Assembly (NCBI GenBank): GCA_001824255.1 | Contig: MHWQ01000002.1 | Span: forward strand, 57,298 to 121,297 | Direction: 5' to 3' | Length of the DNA: 64,000 nt | DNA from: Candidatus Zambryskibacteria bacterium RIFCSPLOWO2_02_FULL_51_21 | Lineage (GTDB): Bacteria > Patescibacteriota > Minisyncoccia > Phycocordibacterales > Zambryskibacteraceae | Shown here: piece after piece, positions 56,358-64,000 of the stretch | How positions within the stretch are numbered: the stretch's first letter is position 1 | How the letters are laid out: the number at the start of each line of letters is the position of its first letter | Translations under genes and position numbers: made by a program | The notes under the pieces: generated by a model | The model's database searches: none | Told to the model about the DNA's origin: nothing | Seen by the model: only the letters and a program-made list of their open reading frames with translations

Positions 56358-58513
56358 TATTTGATTTTATCTAACTTATGCGGATTATGATTTGGGCAAG
56401 ATTTGTCCGAGCAGCGCTCTGGAATTGTCTTGGTACCTTCCATCATCAATGCGCCGCAGATTTTGCAAATGTTTCCGGTCGGTTTCGCCTTGATGGCATA
56501 TTTACAATCCGGGTAATTCGAACATGAATAGAAAACACCGTATCGCCCGCGGCGCTCGGTCATAAATCCGGCTTTGCACACCGGGCACTCGATGCCGGTT
56601 GAGTTCTGCTTCTCCTGCTCCTCGTCTTTCTTCACATAGCGGCACTTGGGGAAGCGGGAGCAGGCGGTAAACATACCGAACTTTCCTTCTCGCGTCACCA
56701 GGTTGCCCTCGCCGCACTTGGGGCACTTCTCGCCGGTGTCTTTCGGCCCCTCCAACTCCTTGCCTTCCATGGTTCTCGCGCCGGTGCAGTCTGGGAACTT
56801 CTCGCAGGAGTAGAATTTGCCGCTCTTGCCGAGTTTTATAATCATTTCTCCGCCGCAGACGGGGCACTTCATGTCCGCGGGCGCAGCGCCTAAGTTCGTA
56901 ATCTTCTCGATTTTCTCCTTGGCCTTCACTTCCTTCGTAAACGGGACATAGAAGTCCTTCAGAGTTTTCAGATATGTGCGGTCGCCGTTGGCAATCTCGT
57001 CGAGCTCATCCTCCATCTCGGCGGTGAAGGAGTCGCTGATGTATGAAGCGAAGTGATTCTCGAGGAAAGTGCTCACCACTTCGCCCGTGTCGGTGGGGAA
57101 GAGCGCCTTGTTCAATTTATTCACATAGCCTCTGTCCTCAAGCGTTTTTATAATCGAAGCGTAAGTAGAAGGTCGGCCAATGCCTCGTTTCTCAAGCTCC
57201 TTGATGAGTCCCGCTTCCGAGTATCGCGGCGGCGGAGTGGTCTCCTTCTCTTCCGAACGCATGCCGGAGAGTTTGAGGTTCTCATCTTGAGCAAATTTCG
57301 GCAGAACCACATCTTCGGAGGCCGATGCGGGGTCTGCCTTGAGCCAGCCGGGGAAAAGAATTCTAGAGCCATTGAGCCAGAAGTCCGGGATACTTCTGCC
57401 ATCAATGTTTGCCACGACTTTTGTGCGCATGACTTCCGCCGGTTTCATCTGGCTTGCGACCGTGCGCGACCAGATGAGGCTATAGAGCTTGTGCTGGTCG
57501 TCGGTCGAACCGGCCCTTTCGACCGAGACGTGAGTGGGGCGGATGGCCTCATGCGCTTCCTGAGCGTTCTTCGATTTCTTGGCAAAGGCGTGAGACTCGA
57601 AGTATTCCGCGCCGTACTTTTTCTCCACCACGTCCTTAATCTGCGCCTTGGCCTGTTGCGAGAGATTGGTCGAATCGGTGCGCATGTAAGTAATGTAACC
57701 GGCTTCATAAAGCTTCTGGGCCACCGACATAGCGCGCGAAGGCGACCAGCCGAGCCGCGAGCTCGCATATTGTTGGAGAGTCGAGGTGATGAAGGGGGCG
57801 CGAGGCGCGCGGGCGACCTTCGTCTCCTTGATATCCGTCACTTGCCAGTCGCCCTTCTTGCCTTCGGCAAGAATTTTTTCCACGTCCTCAATCTTCCTTG
57901 GTTCTATAGAACATTCGAAGTCCAAATTATTTAAATTGGCCCAGATTTTCCAGAATTTCTCCGGTACGAAGGCGCGAATTTCTCGCTCTCGCTCCATGAT
58001 GATGCGCAGAGCGGGAGATTGCACGCGGCCAGCCGAGAGGCCATAACGGACCTTCTTCCAGATGAGGCCGGATAGGTCATAACCCACCAGGCGGTCTAAT
58101 ACTCTGCGGGCCTCTTGGGCCTCGCGCAGATGCTCGTCTATGGCCCTGGGATGCTCTAGGGCTTCTTCGACAGCTTCCTTGGTGATTTCGTGGAAAACAA
58201 TTCGTTTAGGATTATGGAGCTTCACCGCTTCGGCCACGTGCCAGGCGATAGCCTCGCCCTCGCGGTCGGGGTCGGTGGCAAGAATCACTTCGTCGGCTTT
58301 CTTGGCCAGGGATTTTATTTCGGAAATCACTTTCTCCTTGCCTTTGACCACTTCGTAGCGCGGCACGAAGCCCGCCTCGATGTCGATGGCGGCTTTATTA
58401 CTCTTCGGCAAATCGCGGATGTGTCCCACGCTCGCGACGACGCGGAAATCCTTGCCCAAGTATTTCTCTATTGTTTTCGCCTTACTCGGCGACTCTACGA
58501 TTAACAGGCGCAT
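56357..58513 (-). CDS. topA: DNA topoisomerase I
   Basis: IVESPSK, ATDPDREGE, SAGRVQS, ITYMRTD, C-terminal zinc ribbons. Confidence 0.97.
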   Translation of the reverse strand: MRLLIVESPSKAKTIEKYLGKDFRVVASVGHIRDLPKSNKAAIDIEAGFVPRYEVVKGKEKVISEIKSLAKKADEVILATDPDREGEAIAWHVAEAVKLHNPKRIVFHEITKEAVEEALEHPRAIDEHLREAQEARRVLDRLVGYDLSGLIWKKVRYGLSAGRVQSPALRIIMEREREIRAFVPEKFWKIWANLNNLDFECSIEPRKIEDVEKILAEGKKGDWQVTDIKETKVARAPRAPFITSTLQQYASSRLGWSPSRAMSVAQKLYEAGYITYMRTDSTNLSQQAKAQIKDVVEKKYGAEYFESHAFAKKSKNAQEAHEAIRPTHVSVERAGSTDDQHKLYSLIWSRTVASQMKPAEVMRTKVVANIDGRSIPDFWLNGSRILFPGWLKADPASASEDVVLPKFAQDENLKLSGMRSEEKETTPPPRYSEAGLIKELEKRGIGRPSTYASIIKTLEDRGYVNKLNKALFPTDTGEVVSTFLENHFASYISDSFTAEMEDELDEIANGDRTYLKTLKDFYVPFTKEVKAKEKIEKITNLGAAPADMKCPVCGGEMIIKLGKSGKFYSCEKFPDCTGARTMEGKELEGPKDTGEKCPKCGEGNLVTREGKFGMFTACSRFPKCRYVKKDEEQEKQNSTGIECPVCKAGFMTERRGRYGVFYSCSNYPDCKYAIKAKPTGNICKICGALMMEGTKTIPERCSDKSCPNHNPHKLDKIK

Positions 58514-58561
58514 TGAATATAACAAATAGCACGCATGAATTTTTAAAGCAAATTTGAAGTA

Positions 58562-59419
58562 TTAAAAAGTTTTGCGGACTTCGCCCAATTCTTCCGCTAT
58601 GAGGCCCTTGATTTCAAGAAGCGAGAGGACGGCGCTGGCCGTGCCGGTGTCGAGCTTAGATTTGCGGATAAGTTCATCGCGCGGAGCGGGCCTTTCGAGC
58701 AGTTTTATGAAAATTTTCTCCTCTCCCGTAAGGCCTTTCACATCGGCCAGTGTCGGGTGTTCGTCGTGTCTCGGCAGGCCGAGAAGTTCAAGGATGTCAT
58801 TGTGGTCCCGCACCAATGCTGCGCCGAGGCGTATGAGCATATGCGGCCCGTCGGAAGTCGAAGAGTAGGCCTGTCCCGGCACGGCGCCGACATCGCGGTT
58901 GTATTCGGTGGCGAGACGCGAAGTGATGAGTGTGCCGGAGCGTTTGTCGGCCTCGATGACGAGTGTCGCGTGGCACATGCCTGCCATTATTCTGTTCCTA
59001 CGCGGGAAGGCCCACACACCCGCGGGCATGAGGTCATCGTATTCCGAAAGGAGACCGCCGCCCGAAGCCACTATTTCGTCCGCGAGTCCGGCGTGCGAGC
59101 GGGGGTGTATCACCTTTCTATCTATGCCCGAGCCGGGCAAGGCAATAGTTTGAAGGCCCGCGCGCATGGCGGCGCGATGGGCGATGGAATCGATGCCGAG
59201 AGCAAGGCCCGAAACGATAGTGACAGGCGCGCCGGCAAGTCCCGCGACGAGCATCTCGCACATTTCGCGGCCGTAGGTAGAATATTTCCTCGAACCGACT
59301 ATGGCCAGGAGCTTGTTGCCTGGCGTAGGAAGATTGCCTTCGAGCCGCAGCTGCTTTGGCGGCTCGGGAATTTCTTTCAATAGCTCCGGATATTCCTCAG
59401 GTTTGAGAGCGCGAATCAT
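58562..59419 (-). CDS. dprA: DNA-processing protein DprA
   Basis: AIVGSR, VSGLALGID..AH, FPRRNRI, SGTLIT. Confidence 0.96.
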   Translation of the reverse strand: MIRALKPEEYPELLKEIPEPPKQLRLEGNLPTPGNKLLAIVGSRKYSTYGREMCEMLVAGLAGAPVTIVSGLALGIDSIAHRAAMRAGLQTIALPGSGIDRKVIHPRSHAGLADEIVASGGGLLSEYDDLMPAGVWAFPRRNRIMAGMCHATLVIEADKRSGTLITSRLATEYNRDVGAVPGQAYSSTSDGPHMLIRLGAALVRDHNDILELLGLPRHDEHPTLADVKGLTGEEKIFIKLLERPAPRDELIRKSKLDTGTASAVLSLLEIKGLIAEELGEVRKTF

Positions 59420-59440
59420 GTGGTATATTTATTGTATCTT

Positions 59441-60709
59441 ATGTTGGACATAAAATTTATCAGGGAGAATAAGGACGCCGTGCAAAAAGCGGCGAAGTCG
59501 AAGCGCCTGGACTTCGACGTGGAGAAGCTTATTGAAGTTGACAACAAACGCCGAAAGATTCTCGGCCACGTGGAGGAGAAGCGCGCTGAGCAGAACGTCG
59601 CGAGCAATCAGATTGTGAAGTCAACGACGGAAGAGCGCGAAGCAATCCTCGAGAAGATGAAGATTCTCAAAGCCGGCCTCGAACAGGACGAGATGGAATT
59701 GAAAGAGGTGATGAAGGAGTGGCAGGCTCTAATGCTCCAAGCGCCGAACATTCCTGACGCCTCGGTGCCGGAGGGCGAGAGCGACGCTGACAACAAAGAG
59801 GTGAAGAAGTGGGGCGAAGTGCCGAAGTTTGATTTCGAGCCCAAGAATCACATCGACATCATGGCGGAGCTCGGCATGGCGGACTTCGAGCGCGGGGCGA
59901 GAGTGGCGGGCTTCCGCGGCTATTTCCTCACCGCCTCGGGCGCCATGCTAACCTTCGCCATCTGGAAATACGCTCTCGACTTCTTCCTCTCGCGCGGTTT
60001 CGAGCTCATGCTCGTGCCTTCGCTTGTAAGGAAGGAGACGCTTCTCGGCACCGGCTACCTGCCTCAGGGCGAAGAAGATTTGTACAAGACGCAGGACGGA
60101 GAATATCTCGCCGGCACGGGAGAAGTGGCGACCATGTCTTACCACGCGGGAGAAACTTTGCCGAAAGAAAAACTACCGAGGAAGATTCTCGCTTTCTCGC
60201 CCTGCTTTCGCCGCGAGGCCGGCAGTTATTCAAAAGACGTGAAGGGACTTATACGCGTGCACGAGTTTTTCAAATTCGAGCAAGTGATTCTCTGCGAAGC
60301 TTCTCACGAAGAATCCGTTAAATATCATGAGGAGTTGAACAGGAATATAGAAGAATTTATCGAGTCGCTCAAAATTCCATACAGGACAGTCGCGAACTGC
60401 GGCGGCGACCTGGGGCTGGGCCAGGTCAAGAAGTATGATGTCGAACTCTGGGTCCCGCTTGAGAATACTTACAGGGAAATCGGTTCGGCCTCATACTTCC
60501 ACGATTTCCAGACCAGGCGCCTCAATATTCGCTACAAAGACGCGGAGGGCAAGACGCAATACGCGCACTCCCTCAACTCGACCGCCATCCCGACACCGAG
60601 AATCCTCGTCTCTCTTGTAGAGAATTTCCAAACTGCCGACGGCTCGGTCAAGATTCCCGAGGTCCTTATCCCTTATATGAACGGATTGGCCGAAATCAAG
60701 AAAGTTTGA
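59441..60709 (+). CDS. serS: Seryl-tRNA synthetase
   Basis: MLDIKFIR, CFRREAG, GLIRVHEF.K.EQ, DFQTRRLNIRY, HSLNST. Confidence 0.97.
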   Translation: MLDIKFIRENKDAVQKAAKSKRLDFDVEKLIEVDNKRRKILGHVEEKRAEQNVASNQIVKSTTEEREAILEKMKILKAGLEQDEMELKEVMKEWQALMLQAPNIPDASVPEGESDADNKEVKKWGEVPKFDFEPKNHIDIMAELGMADFERGARVAGFRGYFLTASGAMLTFAIWKYALDFFLSRGFELMLVPSLVRKETLLGTGYLPQGEEDLYKTQDGEYLAGTGEVATMSYHAGETLPKEKLPRKILAFSPCFRREAGSYSKDVKGLIRVHEFFKFEQVILCEASHEESVKYHEELNRNIEEFIESLKIPYRTVANCGGDLGLGQVKKYDVELWVPLENTYREIGSASYFHDFQTRRLNIRYKDAEGKTQYAHSLNSTAIPTPRILVSLVENFQTADGSVKIPEVLIPYMNGLAEIKKV

Positions 60710-60710
60710 T

Positions 60711-61484
60711 ATGGCTAGAATTGTTTCGACAGGGAAGACAATCTCCTTGGTGGAATACCACAATAAGCGGGTGCGCGAGAAGAGGAAAAAGCTTATATGG
60801 ATATTCTCCGGCATACTGGTTTTACTCATTGCGCTGGTGCTCGTCTCGCGCCTAAGCTCTTTCCAGATTGCGAAAGTAAAGGTCGAAGGGGCGAAGGTGA
60901 TTACAAATGATGAAGTGGAGAGAAACGTTCTCGTGACGCTCGCAGGCTCGTATTTCTGGCTCGTGCCGAAAGGGAATGCCGCTTTCTATCCGCGAGAAGA
61001 AGTGCGAGCAAGTTTGATGAAAGAGTTTCCCCGCTTCTCTTCCGTCGGGTTGAATGTCGAAGGAGAGAATACTCTCCGTGTTCTCGTAACCGAACGGGAA
61101 CCCTATGCCTTGTATTGCCCGCCAGCCGAAGAGAAGTGTTTCTTCTTGGACAAAGAAGGTTTTGTCTTCGACGAGGCGCCCGATTTCTCCGGTGTCGTTT
61201 ATTTCATTTATGAGACGGAAGTTCCTGCGGAAGAATTTAAGAATCTCTCGGCTTTCATTGAGAATCTTTCCAAACTCGGTTTCGAACCCATACGCTTCGA
61301 AGATTATGGCCTCACGATGAAAAACGGCTCGCATATGTTTCTGCCAGAAAAAAGCGACTTAGGGAAGCTTTTTTCCAGTCTAGAATTGTTTTTAAGGAGT
61401 CCGGCGGTAGAGAAAGATAAGTTGAGCGAGATTGATTTACGCACAGAAAACAAAATATTTTGGAAAACTTTTGGCAACAACTAA
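60711..61484 (+). CDS. FtsQ/DivIB-like protein (TM plus POTRA)
   Basis: Basic N-terminus, TM helix, 'IAKVKVEG', 'VTEREP', 'IDLR..NKIF'. Confidence 0.7.
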   Translation: MARIVSTGKTISLVEYHNKRVREKRKKLIWIFSGILVLLIALVLVSRLSSFQIAKVKVEGAKVITNDEVERNVLVTLAGSYFWLVPKGNAAFYPREEVRASLMKEFPRFSSVGLNVEGENTLRVLVTEREPYALYCPPAEEKCFFLDKEGFVFDEAPDFSGVVYFIYETEVPAEEFKNLSAFIENLSKLGFEPIRFEDYGLTMKNGSHMFLPEKSDLGKLFSSLELFLRSPAVEKDKLSEIDLRTENKIFWKTFGNN

Positions 61485-62416
61485 ATAAGCCGATTTTCGC
61501 TCTGGCGCCCATGGCGGATGTGACGGACACCGCCTTCCGGCAAATTATCGCGAAGTGCGGCAAGCCCGATGTGATGTTCACGGAATTCGTCTCAGCCGAC
61601 GGTCTGGCTCTGGCACCGGAGAAGGGCAGACAGAAACTTCTACTGAATCTCAAATATTCGGAAGAAGAACGGCCGATTGTGGCGCAGTTTTTCACTTCTT
61701 CGCCTGAGAATATGCGTAAGGCCGCCGAGCTCGCGACGGAACTCAAGTTCGACGGCGTAGATATAAACATGGGTTGTCCGGACAAATCCATTGAGAAGCA
61801 AGGTGCCGGCGCCGCGCTTATGAAGAATCCGAAACTCGCGCGGGAAGTGCTGCGGGCGGCAAAAGAAGGCGCAGGAAGTCTCCCTGTTTCTGTCAAAACT
61901 CGCATAGGGTTCAACAAGCCGGAACTCGAAACATGGCTCGTGGAGATTCTCAGGGAAGAACCAGCTGCGGTAACGATTCATGCCAGGACGAGGAAAGAGA
62001 TGTCTAAGATTCCGGCTCAGTGGGATTATGTGAGGCGAGCCGTGGAGATAAGAAACGAACTGAAAGGCAAAACGCTGATTATCGGCAACGGCGACGTAAA
62101 AGATTTGGCCGAAGCCAGAAGAAGGGTGGAGGAGACCGGCTGCGACGGGGTCATGTTGGGGCGGGCTATATTCGGCAATCCGTGGTTGTTTGCCGGCAAG
62201 CAGCCGGTAGTCAGCGAGAGGTTGAAAGTTCTTATAGAACACATAAAACTTTTTGACGAGATTTTGGGTGGTACGAAAAATTTCGCCGTGATGAAAAAAC
62301 ATTTCAAATCCTACCTTCACGGTATTGACGGCGCGGGTGAACTGAGGGCAAGTATTATGGATACAGAGAATGCTGAGCAGGCCGCCAGTCTTATAGAAAG
62401 GTTCCTTGACAAGTAA
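61460..62416 (+). CDS. tRNA-dihydrouridine synthase
   Basis: LAPMADVTD, DINMGCP, SVKTRIG, HART, GNGD, GRAIFGNPW. Confidence 0.93.
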   Translation: MENFWQQLNKPIFALAPMADVTDTAFRQIIAKCGKPDVMFTEFVSADGLALAPEKGRQKLLLNLKYSEEERPIVAQFFTSSPENMRKAAELATELKFDGVDINMGCPDKSIEKQGAGAALMKNPKLAREVLRAAKEGAGSLPVSVKTRIGFNKPELETWLVEILREEPAAVTIHARTRKEMSKIPAQWDYVRRAVEIRNELKGKTLIIGNGDVKDLAEARRRVEETGCDGVMLGRAIFGNPWLFAGKQPVVSERLKVLIEHIKLFDEILGGTKNFAVMKKHFKSYLHGIDGAGELRASIMDTENAEQAASLIERFLDK

Positions 62417-62487
62417 CGTCCTTTTATGATAGGAAATGGCCAGATTAGGCCAAATATTGTCCTTTACGGTATCAGAAGGAGTGAGTC

Positions 62488-63753
62488 ATGTTCAAGAAAG
62501 TTTCGTTCGCGGTGCTCTGCGCCATTCTCATCGTCTCGGCGGCGTGTGACAAGAAGATCAATGTCACCCAGTCGGTGACGGGACCCAGTCCCACGTCTTC
62601 GCCGCCGGTGTTCAGTCTGGACTCCGTCACAGTGACGGCAAACTTCGTGGATATCACGCTCAACGCGTGTCCGGCGGATGTGACTGTGAGCGCCACCGTC
62701 CACGGCACCAACGTGACCCAGGACGTAACCTGGCGTCGCGAAGGTGACGACCCGGTTTCGTTCGACACGAGCGGCGTGGTTGCCAGGATTAAAATCAACC
62801 ATGCCGGACGCTACAAGGTCATCGCGACCGCCAACCAGAACGGGGTAACCCGCTCCGGCGAAGTCGTCGTGACTGCCACGGGCAGTTGCGCGAGCGGCGG
62901 ACCGCCGCCCGCGCCTCCGTCGCCGGGACCTGGTCCCACGCCGGCACCCGCTCCTACACCAGCCCCCACTCCCACACCAACACCGGCGCGTCCAATCGTG
63001 ACACTTGCGGCAAACCCGTCGAGCATCACGGTCGGGGAGAGTTCACTTCTCACCTGGACAATCAGGAATGAGGTAACATTTTGTTCCTGGATTCGGGGAA
63101 AGAGTGGAATCGCTCCACTCACATCCGGTTCACTGTCGGTTTCTCCGACAGTGAACACCACCTACACATACAAGTGTGTAGGACCAGGAGGCGAAGGTGA
63201 AGACAGCGCCACAGTGACGGTGACAGCACCAGCGCCTCCAGCACCGGTGCCGACATGCGTGCTCTCAGCGAGCCCGATGTCGATTGCGCAAGGCGGGAGC
63301 TCCACTCTCACGTGGAGTTCCTCGAACGCCACGGCGGTCACGGCTTCCGGCGGCTGGTCTGGCAATCTCGCATTGTCGGGCTCCAGGTCGGTGGTTCTCG
63401 CGCAGACGACGGTCTTCACCATCGTTTGTACGGGTCCCGGCGGCTCAAGCACGGCGAGCGTGACCATAACGGTCACGGCACCGGTATCAGTCTGCGCGGG
63501 TGCCAATGCGTCGCTTCCCGACCTCACGGCGAAGGGGCAGACCAGGGGCTTCGCCATCAATGCTTCCTCTGGCTGTCATTGGGCCCTGCGGTCCAACAAC
63601 ACTCATGTGGTAAGCACCAATCCGGCGGAAGGGTACGGTCCCTCTGCAGGCACGGTTACATCACTGAATTCCGGTACAGCCACGATCCAGTTCATCGTCA
63701 ATCCGGGACCCGGGGAGACGGTGCTGAGCTCGAGGACGTACATCATTCCCTAA
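62488..63753 (+). CDS. Surface lipoprotein with Pro-rich linker and Ig-like repeats
   Basis: Lipobox VSAAC; PTPAP linker; two 'LxAxPxSIxxGxSSxLTW...CxGPGG' repeats; AAGGAG SD. Confidence 0.75.
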   Translation: MFKKVSFAVLCAILIVSAACDKKINVTQSVTGPSPTSSPPVFSLDSVTVTANFVDITLNACPADVTVSATVHGTNVTQDVTWRREGDDPVSFDTSGVVARIKINHAGRYKVIATANQNGVTRSGEVVVTATGSCASGGPPPAPPSPGPGPTPAPAPTPAPTPTPTPARPIVTLAANPSSITVGESSLLTWTIRNEVTFCSWIRGKSGIAPLTSGSLSVSPTVNTTYTYKCVGPGGEGEDSATVTVTAPAPPAPVPTCVLSASPMSIAQGGSSTLTWSSSNATAVTASGGWSGNLALSGSRSVVLAQTTVFTIVCTGPGGSSTASVTITVTAPVSVCAGANASLPDLTAKGQTRGFAINASSGCHWALRSNNTHVVSTNPAEGYGPSAGTVTSLNSGTATIQFIVNPGPGETVLSSRTYIIP

Positions 63754-63778
63754 TCCGGCCTCGGGGCCGGAACAACAT

Positions 63779-63806
63779 ACCGCCAGCACGCATGCGTGCT
63801 GGCGGT
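63779..63806. terminator. Perfect 28-bp palindrome / terminator hairpin
   Basis: ACCGCCAGCACGCATGCGTGCTGGCGGT. Confidence 0.6.
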
Positions 63807-63826
63807 AAATTCGTTATACTGCTTGC

Positions 63827-64000
63827 ATGAAAAAAGGGGAGAAACCGGCCCAGGTGCTTTATCGCAAGTATCGTCCTCAAGCGTTTAAAGAAGTTATCGG
63901 CCAGGAGCACGTGGTCAAGGTTCTCGAGGGTGCCATAAAGCTAGGTAATGTCTCGCACGCCTACATCTTCTCCGGCTCGCGCGGTACGGGCAAGACCTCT
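63827..64000 (+). CDS. dnaX: DNA polymerase III gamma/tau (3'-partial)
   Basis: LYRKYRPQ.F.EVIGQEHV...HAYIFSGSRGTGKTS. Confidence 0.95.
   Translation, partial: MKKGEKPAQVLYRKYRPQAFKEVIGQEHVVKVLEGAIKLGNVSHAYIFSGSRGTGKTS

Noticed and set aside
53714-60709. Alternative genetic code (UGA recoding)
   Set aside because: parB and serS end at TGA at the expected positions, core ORFs are uninterrupted, and tRNA-Trp has anticodon CCA.
62900-62990. Repetitive CCx-rich DNA
   Set aside because: It encodes a Pro/Thr/Ala linker of the lipoprotein.
1-64000. CRISPR array, rRNA, transposase or integrase
   Set aside because: No regularly spaced 25-45 bp repeats and no recognisable motifs were seen by eye.

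Overview
Compact, mostly housekeeping window from a genome that looks like Patescibacteria/CPR (Parcubacteria-like). This is inferred from streamlined IF2, SMC, ProRS and HolB, an array of VirB2/TrbC-type pilin-like genes and mostly leaderless core genes; TGA is used as stop (code 11). Core genes: tsaD, trxB, ftsZ/ftsA, ybeY, rpsU, lepB, pth, rpsA-like, gyrA, frr, rseP, proS, mreBC(D)-mrdA, greA, lysS, thrS, dnaE, rnhB, rpmF, nusB, rnc, smc, rnr, rbfA, infB, clpB, rpmG, miaA, parB, topA, dprA, serS, dus and partial dnaX. There are 11 tRNA genes, none encoding CCA directly. Single ORFan cassettes with their own promoter, SD and terminator sit between core genes. No CRISPR array, rRNA, transposase or integrase was seen. 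The most unusual signals are centred on tRNAs. (1) tRNA-Ser and tRNA-Tyr carry trailers built as antisense T-arm, two hairpins, then a duplicated tRNA 3' end that does end in CCA; tRNA-Lys carries a homologous structured trailer. (2) A small GIY-YIG nuclease gene lies behind a duplicate of the tRNA-Leu 5' end, and that duplicate is interrupted by a 20-bp palindrome also found in-frame in a degenerate HisRS paralog. (3) miaA is fused end-to-end between two of its likely substrate tRNAs. Also noted: an orphan ~165-nt ncRNA candidate, a structured rpsA leader, a mosaic thrS and a HEPN islet at tRNA-Glu.
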